A stretch of 59,669 nucleotides of DNA, taken from IMG/VR virus record IMGVR_UViG_3300027112_000002, positions 1 through 59,669 of that record; one strand, 5' to 3'. Within the stretch, counting starts at the first letter, position 1; every line of letters begins with the position of its first letter. The position numbers and the translations under genes were made by a program. Source of the DNA: a virus. Lineage: Duplodnaviria; Caudoviricetes. The notes beneath the pieces were generated by a model. It ran no database searches, was not told the DNA's origin, and worked only from the letters and a program-made list of their open reading frames with translations. This document shows positions 17,134 through 26,779 of this stretch, piece after piece.

Positions 17134-18771
17134 ATGCCTGATCAAATATTCTCGATTTACCTGCCCTTAGAGAAAACTGAATTACAGCCAGATGGCACCA
17201 TGCTAGTATGGGGGAGAGCCACTCAGGAAACTCCTGATTCTGATGGTGAAATTTGCGATTTCGAAACTTCCGCCCCGCTTTTCCAACGTCGATCACAAAT
17301 GATGAAGGACGCAAGCGAGGGCAAAAATTTATTCCCTTTGCGATCAATGCACCAACCAATAGCCGCCGGCAAAATAGTTGAAATGAATTATTTATCTGAG
17401 GATAAGGCTATAGATGTTTGTGCTAAAGTAATCGATGAAAACGAAGTAAAAAAGGTAAAAGAGGGGGTATATACTGGATTCAGTGTTGCAGGAAGATATG
17501 CCAGACGATGGCGGGACCCGACTTCCCAATATATGCGATACACTGCGGACCCCAGAGAAATAAGCCTGGTAGACGTGCCGGCTGTTCCCACTGCTAGATT
17601 TACGATGTTTAAACTGGAGGGGGACGATGATATTGACCCTCTTATTTCATCCTCTGTTGCTCCTGAATGGGTGGCTGATTTCATAAAAGCAGTCAGTAAG
17701 CTGGAAGAGTTGAATCTTCTGGAAAAGGCCGAAAAGCAGCAACAGGAAAATAAATTAAAAGCTCTCGGAGAGCGAATCGGAATTCCAAGACGAGACGGCT
17801 CCCCGTTAAGTGCACCAAAAGAATATCCAAGTGATGCCAATGAGTATGGCGACCCGGCTAATTGGGCCTATCCAGTAGATTCTTCAAGGTCTACGGTGGC
17901 CGTGGGTCGTTTCAATGGCGGGATAGGTGCTGAGCAATACTCGCCTCGCAGTCGCCATGTTCTAGGGCGCAGAATAGCGAGATTGGCGAGCCGTTCTGGT
18001 ACTAAATATAAGTATGACCCCGCATCCAAGAAAATAATTAATGATAAGGTAGGTAAAACTATGAGCGATTCAGAACATGATCAGTTATTGCAGTTAAAGG
18101 CTGCAATAGACAATGCTGTGGAGTCTGTTGAAGGCAATCCGACTTTGGCTAAAGATGCTCTTGGAACCATCGTCAACCAAGTTAGAGGATTGGCCAATAC
18201 CAGCACTCCGGTTGGTGCAAACCCATCTGGTCCGACTTTGAATACGGGAGTCCCCATCAAGGCTGCCGAGGATAAGAAGGAGGATGAAGACGCCGAGGAC
18301 AAGAAAGACAACAAGGCCCCCGAAGCGGAAATCAAGGAAAAACTCCCCCCTGCCGTCGAAAAGACAGCTGCAGCCGTGGATGTCAAGGAATCTCCCGAGT
18401 ATAAGGCTTTGATGGCCAAACTTGAGGAGCAGGTGGGCATCAATGCGAAGATCAGTGCAACATTGGAGAAATCCAATGTAGTATTGGAAAAATTCGCAAA
18501 GATCACGGACAGTCCATTGGGTGACCTTAACTCATTGGTTAAGGAAAAGAAGAACGACACTGACCCAATTGTGGCTGCCCTGATGGAAGGCGGCCCATAT
18601 GCCATGGCTAAAGCTTTGAAATTGGCGGGCGGTGATGATGAATTCACCGGCGCTATGGCTTTTTCCAAGGTAAATGACGCCATTCGTAGGGAAACCTACC
18701 GCACACTTGAAGAAGGTGGTGTGGTAACATCTGCTCGCTACGCTGGCCGGATTTACTCTCCCGCTAGCTAA
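17134..18771 (+). CDS. HK97-type prohead protease fused to a DUF6582-like domain and a scaffold
   Basis: LRSMHQ, YTGFSVAG, EISLVDVPAVP; YGDPANWAYPVD...RRIARLA; coiled acidic C-terminus. Confidence 0.9.
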   Translation: MPDQIFSIYLPLEKTELQPDGTMLVWGRATQETPDSDGEICDFETSAPLFQRRSQMMKDASEGKNLFPLRSMHQPIAAGKIVEMNYLSEDKAIDVCAKVIDENEVKKVKEGVYTGFSVAGRYARRWRDPTSQYMRYTADPREISLVDVPAVPTARFTMFKLEGDDDIDPLISSSVAPEWVADFIKAVSKLEELNLLEKAEKQQQENKLKALGERIGIPRRDGSPLSAPKEYPSDANEYGDPANWAYPVDSSRSTVAVGRFNGGIGAEQYSPRSRHVLGRRIARLASRSGTKYKYDPASKKIINDKVGKTMSDSEHDQLLQLKAAIDNAVESVEGNPTLAKDALGTIVNQVRGLANTSTPVGANPSGPTLNTGVPIKAAEDKKEDEDAEDKKDNKAPEAEIKEKLPPAVEKTAAAVDVKESPEYKALMAKLEEQVGINAKISATLEKSNVVLEKFAKITDSPLGDLNSLVKEKKNDTDPIVAALMEGGPYAMAKALKLAGGDDEFTGAMAFSKVNDAIRRETYRTLEEGGVVTSARYAGRIYSPAS

Positions 18772-18817
18772 GCTAGCTGATGTGATCGATCAAATATTAT
18801 AAGGATAAGGTGAAAAA

Positions 18818-20377
18818 ATGCCAGGATTAACTGATACTGATGGCTTGATCTTAGCCCTCAATCAAATGAGCGGATTTGGAGATTTCAATGCCAATCAACT
18901 CGATTCTTTCAAAAAGGCGCTGACTGCAACCTCAGGTTATACTGGATATAACCTCGAACGTGAAGTCAAAATGCGTCTGCCCGCGTATACGGTTCTTCGC
19001 AATCGTGTGGCGGTTGACCCAGGCCCCGTAGGGGCTATGGCTGGCCCTCAGGCCAACTACAAAATGCAATTGGGCTATAATGGCTTCGATTTCGGTGCTG
19101 CAATGGGCACTGCATTTGGTGGTAATGGTGCCGAGGGAAATCCCAATGCAGTGAACATTGGGGCGGATTATAAATCCCAATCAATTCATGGCTCCGTGCA
19201 ACTTGAAGCCATCGATTTCGCCCGTCAGTTTACTGACCCGGTGAAAGATCAAAGCATGTTTAACCTGCAAACCTTGATGCGCATCGAGGAATTGGTGGTC
19301 ACCGGCGGCAACGAGTTTGCTATTGATGCCCCCGTTCCCGTTGGGTCCCAGGGTGCCGCGGGGGCTCTGTTCGCAAACGGCGTTTGGACGGTAAAGGTAA
19401 CAGCGATTACCTTGGAGGGCAAACTTCGTAATGATACCGGCGCTGCCACTCCTGTAAGCGCCCACACCCCTGGAGAAAGTGTCCCGGGAACTGTGGCCAT
19501 TACCGTAAGTGGTGGCACGAAAGGCTATTTGAACGTCAGCTGGCCCGTGGTTGAAGGCGCTGTAGGTTATAAGGTTTACTGTTCCGATGAATATGGGGAT
19601 TCCACGGATGTTTACCTGTTGGACCCCGCCACAGAAATTGCTTATAAGGATGGGGCCGCTTTTGTCCCGACCTCCACTGGTCAAAAATGGATTGGGGTCA
19701 ATAATATTCGTATTATTGCTCCTCCTGCTGGTTCGGTGGCTTGTCCTTCCGTTGATGGTTCTGCGAACGACAACCAGTTCGAAGGTTTCGTAGCGTGGTC
19801 AACCAAATCGACCATGTACGGTGTTGATCTTGTGGGTGCTGGAGAGCGTGTCTTCCTCGATATGGATGGCGGGCTTTTCACCACGGATACTGCTGGTGGT
19901 GTTAAGGAAATTAACACCGTTCTGCAGCGTTTGTGGGTTATGTATCACACAGCCCCAACCCTTATCGTTGGGTCCCCGGCTACGGTCAGTTCTTTGACTG
20001 CCCGTATTGCCTCCCAGTCCATGATGCGTTTGGACTTAACTCAAAAGCAGAACAAAATTGTTGGTGGCATTATGATCGGCGGGTATTTGAACCGCTTTGC
20101 TCAGAATGCCGGCATGTCAACGGATATTGACATCATTGCCCATCCTTATCTTCCGGATGGTTTGGTGTTGTTGCTGTCCGAAACCCTGCCTCCCGACACC
20201 TATCGCTTCGCCCAGGATAGCCGCTGTTTTGCCCTCGATGTCCTTCGCCCGTATAACTATTTCCCGCTCGCTTCTTCCGATCGCAATGTAAACTTTGACA
20301 TTTGGTATCTTGAGACTCTCAAGTGTTATTACCCAACTGCCCAAGCTGCCATTGGTGGAGCCCGCGTCGATTCCTAA
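18818..20377 (+). CDS. Major capsid protein with internal Fn3/Ig-like insertion
   Basis: Follows protease; FKKALT processing-type N-terminus; NVSWPVVEGAVGYKVY; IIAHPYLPDG. Confidence 0.85.
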   Translation: MPGLTDTDGLILALNQMSGFGDFNANQLDSFKKALTATSGYTGYNLEREVKMRLPAYTVLRNRVAVDPGPVGAMAGPQANYKMQLGYNGFDFGAAMGTAFGGNGAEGNPNAVNIGADYKSQSIHGSVQLEAIDFARQFTDPVKDQSMFNLQTLMRIEELVVTGGNEFAIDAPVPVGSQGAAGALFANGVWTVKVTAITLEGKLRNDTGAATPVSAHTPGESVPGTVAITVSGGTKGYLNVSWPVVEGAVGYKVYCSDEYGDSTDVYLLDPATEIAYKDGAAFVPTSTGQKWIGVNNIRIIAPPAGSVACPSVDGSANDNQFEGFVAWSTKSTMYGVDLVGAGERVFLDMDGGLFTTDTAGGVKEINTVLQRLWVMYHTAPTLIVGSPATVSSLTARIASQSMMRLDLTQKQNKIVGGIMIGGYLNRFAQNAGMSTDIDIIAHPYLPDGLVLLLSETLPPDTYRFAQDSRCFALDVLRPYNYFPLASSDRNVNFDIWYLETLKCYYPTAQAAIGGARVDS

Positions 20378-20432
20378 TCTTTGGCGTTCCTGCGTCCTAG
20401 TCGCCTACTCCTACGCGGGGCGCAAGTAATAA

Positions 20433-20466
20433 ATTGGAACGGCAGAATACTCTCTGCCGTTCCAAT
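20433..20466 (+). terminator. 14-bp hairpin after the capsid gene
   Basis: ATTGGAACGGCAGA-ATACTC-TCTGCCGTTCCAAT. Confidence 0.6.
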
Positions 20467-20480
20467 ACTTAAAGGACCAA

Positions 20481-21110
20481 ATGCCCGAAATAGAGGTAAT
20501 TATCTCATCCGAAGACCAGAGATTCTTCAATGCTTTAGAGCATCCGGAAGGTCTCTTCCCTCTATTAGCGTACAAGTCCGAGGAGATAGGCGGGGCATTA
20601 GTTACAGAGTTACAATTCTATCCTCCGGAAACGGAGGCTAATGCTCCGGGCAGGTTTAATCCAGATACGCATAAGCCGATGGGTTTTTATGAACGTGGCC
20701 GCGGTTGGTGGTATCCAGTCATGGGGGAAGTCGATAAGGCACTGTCCCGCATAATTGCCCCGGGACAGAGTGTATCCCGCATGAAGATCAAGACCATGAC
20801 CATGACTACCCGTGGTGCGGGCAAGAAAATGCTGTCTGCTTCGGGATATAAACTTCGCCCCACTTCCCAGCAGTTGGGAGAAAATTGGTCCTTCATTGTT
20901 GATCAGGGCAGAAATGCCGTTACATTAACTGTCGGAAATTTGGCCACCTATTCCAGTTATGTCCAGGGAGAGGACCAGACCGAATTGCTGCGTAAATATG
21001 ATTGGCAAACCATTGAGGATGTGCTAATAAGCCCGTTCTTTATGGAGGTAGTAAGAGCCAAGGAATTGGAAGCCATAACCATGTACTATCATCTGGGAGG
21101 GCTGGGATAA
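20481..21110 (+). CDS. Virion morphogenesis/neck protein (HK97 gp10-like)
   Basis: Position; LGENW...VGNLATYSSYVQG. Confidence 0.6.
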   Translation: MPEIEVIISSEDQRFFNALEHPEGLFPLLAYKSEEIGGALVTELQFYPPETEANAPGRFNPDTHKPMGFYERGRGWWYPVMGEVDKALSRIIAPGQSVSRMKIKTMTMTTRGAGKKMLSASGYKLRPTSQQLGENWSFIVDQGRNAVTLTVGNLATYSSYVQGEDQTELLRKYDWQTIEDVLISPFFMEVVRAKELEAITMYYHLGGLG

Positions 21111-21706
21111 TGGACTATACAGACCTTGCCAGGCTTAAGAATGCTATGGACAGTACTAAGGATACTAAAGACGACGTTCTGCTTGACTACATTGGCCAGG
21201 CTAGCAGGTCCATAGATTTAATGGTTACAGGCATGCCCGGAGTGGCTAACTATTTTCAGATGGAAGATGTAGTTGGAGAGATTTTAACCAATGGAGTAGT
21301 AGATTCTGAGGGGCGATTAACCGTTTTTCCCCACAAGCCGGTTACCGTCTCCGTTGCTTCTTTGGAATATCGCGCTGCTTTGAAAGACACTTGGAAGGTT
21401 GCTGACCCAAACCTCATATCGGTTGAATATGAATCGGTGGTGTTTGAAGGTGGTTTGGTGTGGTCCGACAAAATGTACACCAGAATATCATATACTGGTG
21501 GGTTCGCCCTTACAGAGCCGGAATTGCCCCTGGATATATTGGAATTGGGTACTTTGTTGTCTCTACGGTTGTACAAGGAAGACCGATCAGGCGCTGGAGA
21601 TTCCATAGGTGTAGCCGAATTGGGTACTATGGTATATACCAAGGCCTTCCCTAGCAGAGCTACTGAAATACTTAGGCACTATGCCAGAGTGGCTCCATGG
21701 ACATAG
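21110..21706 (+). CDS. Head-tail adaptor (HK97 gp6/SPP1 gp15-like)
   Basis: YTDLARLK...ASRSID...ISYTGGF...LPLDI...EILRHY. Confidence 0.8.
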   Translation: MDYTDLARLKNAMDSTKDTKDDVLLDYIGQASRSIDLMVTGMPGVANYFQMEDVVGEILTNGVVDSEGRLTVFPHKPVTVSVASLEYRAALKDTWKVADPNLISVEYESVVFEGGLVWSDKMYTRISYTGGFALTEPELPLDILELGTLLSLRLYKEDRSGAGDSIGVAELGTMVYTKAFPSRATEILRHYARVAPWT

Positions 21707-22230
21707 TAGGAATCAAAAAGGCCTTTGCTGGCATGCTGGGCTCCATGCTCATGTTGGACCCAAACACTGGGGAACCTTATGCTCCTCCATCTTACGATGT
21801 GGGAGAACTGGTCAAGGCTTATGCTGCTGCCCCAATGTCCCTGGCCGAGATAGACCTACCACTGTGGATAGTTTTCTCTGGTGCGGCGGCTTACCCTAAT
21901 CCCCCGGACGCCACCGTTGGTCGTTTTCAAAAGGAAACGCGAGATTTTTCCTGCTGTCTATATGTGACCATAGCCGAGACTGGAATAGACGGAGAAGCCG
22001 AACAAAAGGTAGAACCCTACATCGAGGTGTCTAGAAATTTAATCCAGTCTCACCCTCTCATATATGATGGTAACATATCTGATATAGTGCCTGGAATAAA
22101 CAGGGCTTATTTAATAAGGGATGAAGGTATTACTACTTTGAGGTTTGGTAAGGACCCAGCGCCCTATTTGGGGCTAAGGTATACAGTTAGAGTGGAAGGA
22201 GTAAATCTGGTGCAATATGGTAATGAATAA
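21697..22230 (+). CDS. Tail terminator/completion protein
   Basis: Position between adaptor and tail tube. Confidence 0.55.
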   Translation: MDIVGIKKAFAGMLGSMLMLDPNTGEPYAPPSYDVGELVKAYAAAPMSLAEIDLPLWIVFSGAAAYPNPPDATVGRFQKETRDFSCCLYVTIAETGIDGEAEQKVEPYIEVSRNLIQSHPLIYDGNISDIVPGINRAYLIRDEGITTLRFGKDPAPYLGLRYTVRVEGVNLVQYGNE

Positions 22231-22441
22231 AACCCCCAACTGCCCTGCATGTGGCAGGGAATTAAAATATGTAATCAAGAAGGATGACCCCAAAAGGTTG
22301 CAGGCTTTTTGTAACTGTGGGGGCATTCGAAGGGTCGTTTTAGAAACTGATAACCGCGATTACGCGAAAAATCAGAAATTGTTGCCTGTCGATCAAGAGC
22401 CCGTACAGGTGTCACCCAAATATTTGAGGAGTAAAAAATAA
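22223..22441 (+). CDS. Small zinc-ribbon protein
   Basis: CPAC...CNC. Confidence 0.6.
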   Translation: MNKTPNCPACGRELKYVIKKDDPKRLQAFCNCGGIRRVVLETDNRDYAKNQKLLPVDQEPVQVSPKYLRSKK

Positions 22442-23250
22442 TGCCACAATCTACTGGAATTCAATATGGCTCTGGCTTTAGGTTTGGTTGTCTTTACGAG
22501 CTTAATGCTAGTGGTCGAATTAAAGGAAATTCTGCCTCTGTGGCCTATCAAGGGTTGCCCTTCGTAGGAAACAAAGCTTGGACCCTGACCATACCCAAGC
22601 AGCGCAGAATTAACCACATCAATGCTGATCGCGTCGGTGCGGCTGACTTTCTGCCCCCCACAGAGGCTGCCAGCGGTAGCATTTCCGTTGGTGCAGATAA
22701 TCAAGTGATGGATGCTGTGATCACGGGCAACAAACAGGTGATCATGGGCCAGGCAGCCACCATTGCAGATTTGTCCAGCAATCAGGGGTTTGAACCTATG
22801 ATAGCTCTGCTTTTATGGCAACAGGCCCTGGATAGTGTTACCCGCCTTCGCTGTTGGAGGTCCTTCTTGATTCCCCGGGCCAAGGCCATCCCAATGTCTT
22901 ATGGCTTCGCTGATCGTGAAGTAGACGGGAGTTATGATGTATTGATGACTCCTTCTTCCACCAACATCCTCGGTGCTGCTTTGACCAACTTGATAGATGG
23001 TGCCACTGATGCCCAGTTGTTCCGGGCAATGACTGCGGGACGCCCGGCCATCAATGCCTGGGTTGGTGACGGATATACGGTTGAATTCCTGTTCCCAGAT
23101 GGATTAACCCCCACTGTGGATGTAGCCAGTGTGACTGTTTGGCTCGACGGGGTTAAACAAACCACCGGGTTCACGGTCTCCACCACTGGAGTTACTTTCG
23201 ATGCGGCCCCCGCCGTTGATGTCGATGTAGATTTTTTCTGGGAATATTAA
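22441..23250 (+). CDS. Major tail (tube) protein with C-terminal Ig-like domain
   Basis: Position before chaperones; VWLDGVKQ...VTFDAAPA. Confidence 0.8.
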   Translation: MPQSTGIQYGSGFRFGCLYELNASGRIKGNSASVAYQGLPFVGNKAWTLTIPKQRRINHINADRVGAADFLPPTEAASGSISVGADNQVMDAVITGNKQVIMGQAATIADLSSNQGFEPMIALLLWQQALDSVTRLRCWRSFLIPRAKAIPMSYGFADREVDGSYDVLMTPSSTNILGAALTNLIDGATDAQLFRAMTAGRPAINAWVGDGYTVEFLFPDGLTPTVDVASVTVWLDGVKQTTGFTVSTTGVTFDAAPAVDVDVDFFWEY

Positions 23251-23256
23251 GGAGTT

Positions 23257-23285
23257 GGACCAACCTAATAAGTTGGTCTGTTTTT
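23257..23285 (+). terminator. Rho-independent terminator
   Basis: GACCAAC-loop-GTTGGTC followed by TGTTTTT. Confidence 0.6.
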
Positions 23286-23289
23286 AAAA

Positions 23290-23718
23290 ATGGCGACTAA
23301 GAGTATAACTGTAAACATCGATGACGTTCCTACCACTATCATTATCGGCCCGGCAAGAAAAGAAGACGGGATACGCCGGGCCGAAATGATGTTGGAAGCG
23401 GTGAAGATGAGTGATAAAGAGTTGAGAAAGCAAGTTGCTTTCTATCAATATCCTTCATGCGTCAATTCGGTAAAATCCCCCGTTGAATTAAAAAGCATGT
23501 CTTTTGAAGACTTTTTAAATAAAGTTGACGAAGCCAGCATGGATGAATGGACTATTACTGCTTATGAATTAAATCCTCAATGGAAAAAGGCCATGGAAAC
23601 TCTGGCCGGCATGAGTGAGGAAGATGAAAAAAAAACTGGGATGCCTTCGACTGGCTCTCTGCAGCCTACGGAAGGTCAGGAGACGAATCAGGAGACCTCC
23701 CAGTCTTCGAAGAGTTAG
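23290..23718 (+). CDS. Tail assembly chaperone (G)
   Basis: Between tail tube and tape measure; A9 slippery run at 23627-23635. Confidence 0.85.
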   Translation: MATKSITVNIDDVPTTIIIGPARKEDGIRRAEMMLEAVKMSDKELRKQVAFYQYPSCVNSVKSPVELKSMSFEDFLNKVDEASMDEWTITAYELNPQWKKAMETLAGMSEEDEKKTGMPSTGSLQPTEGQETNQETSQSSKS

Positions 23719-23927
23719 GGTTCCATAAAATACCGGACGACATATTAGAGCGGGCTAAGGAAATCTTAATAGTATTGGAAATGACCGAATGGAAGTGGAC
23801 AATACTGGATGTGTTGGAACAGCCTGAACAGGAGCTAGCAGCAGTGATGGCTCTCAAATATGTTGGTAACCAGATGCATAAACAATCTGGTAAACAAAAC
23901 CAATCTGATGGTATGGAGACATACTAG
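23290..23927 (+). CDS. Tail assembly chaperone GT via programmed -1 frameshift
   Basis: The -1 frame after the A9 run is open (KNWDAFDWLS...GMETY) to TAG 23925-23927, which overlaps the tape-measure GTG. Confidence 0.8.
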
Positions 23928-26353
23928 TGTCTGATGAAGACAAGGTAATTAATGTAAAATTCAAATATACTCAGGAGGGGGCTGAGCAGGTTGCCGCCCA
24001 GGCCAAGGCGGCCCGTGAGCCTTTATGGGGTAAGTCTGCGGATGACTTTTACGCTAAGCAGGCTCAAGGTTGGGATGCACTAGGAAAAGATTTCCTAGAT
24101 TTCCAGAAGCAATATGAAAATGGCACCCAAAATATGGAGGCCAGGACCAAACAATTCAAGAAGGAAATGAATGAATTGTATGGGGAGATGCGCGGCCTAA
24201 GATATGCCGCCATGGGCATAGGTCAGTTAGGCAGCTTACTTACCATAGGTGGGGGTCTTCTAACTGCTGGCATTGTGGCCGAAGCTGGCAGCTACGTAAA
24301 AATAGTCGGCAACATCACAGATGAATCCGCTAAGTGGCTCGGATATCAGAGGGACATAAAGGAGTCCAACCTGGAGATAGGGAAAACGGCCACCCAGGCC
24401 CTTTTACCCGCCATGAGTATGGCAGCATCCCTAATGGAGAGGATAGCTGGTATAGTAAAGGCCAACCCGTGGATAGTCACTGCAGCGCTTGGAGTTGGTT
24501 CAGCAATGCTGGTGCTAGGAACGGCAGCCACCATTATATCTAAAATGATGACCGTTGTGGCCGATCTTGGGTTGGCTATAAGCAAAATCGCCACTACACA
24601 ACTTGGGCAGGCCTTGGGTATGGGCCCCCTAGCAGAGGGAGCGGGCATCAGGGACACTATGGCCGGCATAGCCTCTATGCCGGCATCGGGGTTATCAACC
24701 GGGGCAATAGCTACCCTTACCGTTGGCTCTTTGGTGGTGGGCTCCATTATAGGTGTTGGAGTAGGCAATTTTGTCGGTGACCTCATGGAGAAACTGGGGG
24801 TTAAGGGATTTGAGAATTATAAGCATCAAAATTTGGCAGATGCTTTTGTTACTATGCATAAAATAATTGAATTGCCTTGGCTTGGGCTTGCTCACGTTAT
24901 AGGCAGCTTGGTTCCCGCCTTGGATGGTTCCATGACGGCGTTTACTAAGTGGATTATAGGGTTAAATACGGGGCTAGCTGAATTGCTGGGAGCTACCAGT
25001 GCTCAGAAACCTGAGGGCAAGGATAGTACTACTACCCAGGCCGAAGTGGAAGCCTATATAAACTTTGAAAAGCAAATGAATGACGCTACGAATAAGTACT
25101 CTCAGCAGCGTCTTGATATAATTAAGGATTATGAAAAACAGGTGGCAGAGGCTACCGCCCAATATGAACGTCAGCGTGTCCAAGTAATAGAGGATGCTGG
25201 AAAACAGGCTGCAAGGGCATCCGAAGATTTTGCCCTAGCCCAGGCTCGGGCCCTGGAGTCTTATAACAATGCAGTGGATAAATCCAATGCCCAGTACGCG
25301 CTGAATGAAGATAAGGCACGTGAGAATTTCCAGCGCCAACAGGAAAAGGCCACTGCTGACTTTAATCGTAGTCAGACCCAAATGGCCAAGGACCACAGCA
25401 AGGAATTAATGCGTCTGGCCATGCAGCATGAGATGCGCATGAGCGATCTGATTGGTCAACGCGACGCCCTCGGCATAGTTAAGGAAAACCGTAAATACCA
25501 AATGGACTTGGCCTTAAAAACTGCAGATCAGCAGGAGGCCCGCCAACAGGCTAGAAACAATTTCCGAATCCAAAGGGCAGAGGCGGAACAAGCTTACAAT
25601 CAACAAAGAGCCGACGCCAAGAAAGCCCACGAATTGCAACTTGCGGAACTACGTAAAGATTACGATAAGAGAAGGGAAGAAGCGGAACAGAACTACAACA
25701 TCCAGAGAGAACGCGCTGCAGAAGATTTGCGTCAGCGTTTGGAACAAATGGCCAGCGCCCATAAGTTGCAGATGGAGGCTATGGCCAAGCAGGAACAAGA
25801 GAAGCTTGATAAGCTGGATGAAGCTTATGACAAGCAAATCAGCCAAATAAAAACCGCCTTCATAGATAGGCTCCGTGCCCTGGATGCCGCCATCTTGGGA
25901 GATACAGTTGCTTTTAATAATTATATGAAACGGGAAGCGGCCAATTTCCAAAACTGGTTGAATAATTATAAGGCTCAAACCCTAACCAATTTGGCCAACA
26001 CAGGCGGGGCTAAAGCCGGTGGCTCGGTGCATACTATGACCCCGTTGCAGCAGTATCACGCAGCCACGGGACACCAATATGGTGGATATGGAGAGTTTTC
26101 CGGTCCGGGAGAAATGGGCAACCCGGAATTCGTGTTCGATGATAAATCGACCAGGATGGCGGAATCCTTGATCGGGTCCCGACTAACACAGGCCAATGTA
26201 TTGTCTGCCATTATGGCTGGCAAGGGGAACGTGAGCGGCTCGGGCAAAACGGTGCAGATAACTGTAAAAAGCCAGACATTGACCGTATCCCAAATATTAA
26301 AGCACATAGATAGCGCCTTGGATATGAAGCTGGGCGAGATATTGGCGGTATAA
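23927..26353 (+). CDS. Tape measure protein
   Basis: 808 aa, Gly/Ala hydrophobic segments plus long coiled-coil. Confidence 0.9.
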   Translation: MSDEDKVINVKFKYTQEGAEQVAAQAKAAREPLWGKSADDFYAKQAQGWDALGKDFLDFQKQYENGTQNMEARTKQFKKEMNELYGEMRGLRYAAMGIGQLGSLLTIGGGLLTAGIVAEAGSYVKIVGNITDESAKWLGYQRDIKESNLEIGKTATQALLPAMSMAASLMERIAGIVKANPWIVTAALGVGSAMLVLGTAATIISKMMTVVADLGLAISKIATTQLGQALGMGPLAEGAGIRDTMAGIASMPASGLSTGAIATLTVGSLVVGSIIGVGVGNFVGDLMEKLGVKGFENYKHQNLADAFVTMHKIIELPWLGLAHVIGSLVPALDGSMTAFTKWIIGLNTGLAELLGATSAQKPEGKDSTTTQAEVEAYINFEKQMNDATNKYSQQRLDIIKDYEKQVAEATAQYERQRVQVIEDAGKQAARASEDFALAQARALESYNNAVDKSNAQYALNEDKARENFQRQQEKATADFNRSQTQMAKDHSKELMRLAMQHEMRMSDLIGQRDALGIVKENRKYQMDLALKTADQQEARQQARNNFRIQRAEAEQAYNQQRADAKKAHELQLAELRKDYDKRREEAEQNYNIQRERAAEDLRQRLEQMASAHKLQMEAMAKQEQEKLDKLDEAYDKQISQIKTAFIDRLRALDAAILGDTVAFNNYMKREAANFQNWLNNYKAQTLTNLANTGGAKAGGSVHTMTPLQQYHAATGHQYGGYGEFSGPGEMGNPEFVFDDKSTRMAESLIGSRLTQANVLSAIMAGKGNVSGSGKTVQITVKSQTLTVSQILKHIDSALDMKLGEILAV

Positions 26354-26775
26354 TGGCGAATCCTGCTGTAGACATCGATTTTAGAATAGCCACTTTGGAT
26401 GCGGGGCTGGGGGCATTAGCCACCTTGGCTAGCCTTGGTATACCAAATCCAAGACCTATATATTTGCCTGGGGTGGAGTCCATAGATTTAGGAAACTATG
26501 GGGTACGAATAATGGGGGCCCCATATTTAACCTGGACCTGGGGATTTTTAAGCCAGACTAATAGAGACATTCTTCGAACCTATTGCCCCGGGGGCAGTGC
26601 TGATGTATATATCACTTCAATTACAACGGAAAACATCGGTAGTGTGCCCAATGCAGCACAGGATTTTCTAAGTAAAATGATATGGCCGCCCCCCTCCTCT
26701 CCCGAAAGTCCGCAAGCGGGAAGACGCCTTGAGTTTTCCTTGGTATTTAGACAGCTGGTGGTGCAGAGTGGCTAG
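26353..26775 (+). CDS. Distal tail/minor tail protein
   Basis: Position after tape measure; LTWTWGFLS. Confidence 0.65.
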   Translation: MANPAVDIDFRIATLDAGLGALATLASLGIPNPRPIYLPGVESIDLGNYGVRIMGAPYLTWTWGFLSQTNRDILRTYCPGGSADVYITSITTENIGSVPNAAQDFLSKMIWPPPSSPESPQAGRRLEFSLVFRQLVVQSG

Positions 26776-26779
26776 AGCA

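Noticed and set aside
18081-18683. Long antisense ORFs in structural and replication genes (e.g. 18081-18683, 10887-11462, 54131-54712)
   Set aside because: Antisense shadows of well-supported genes
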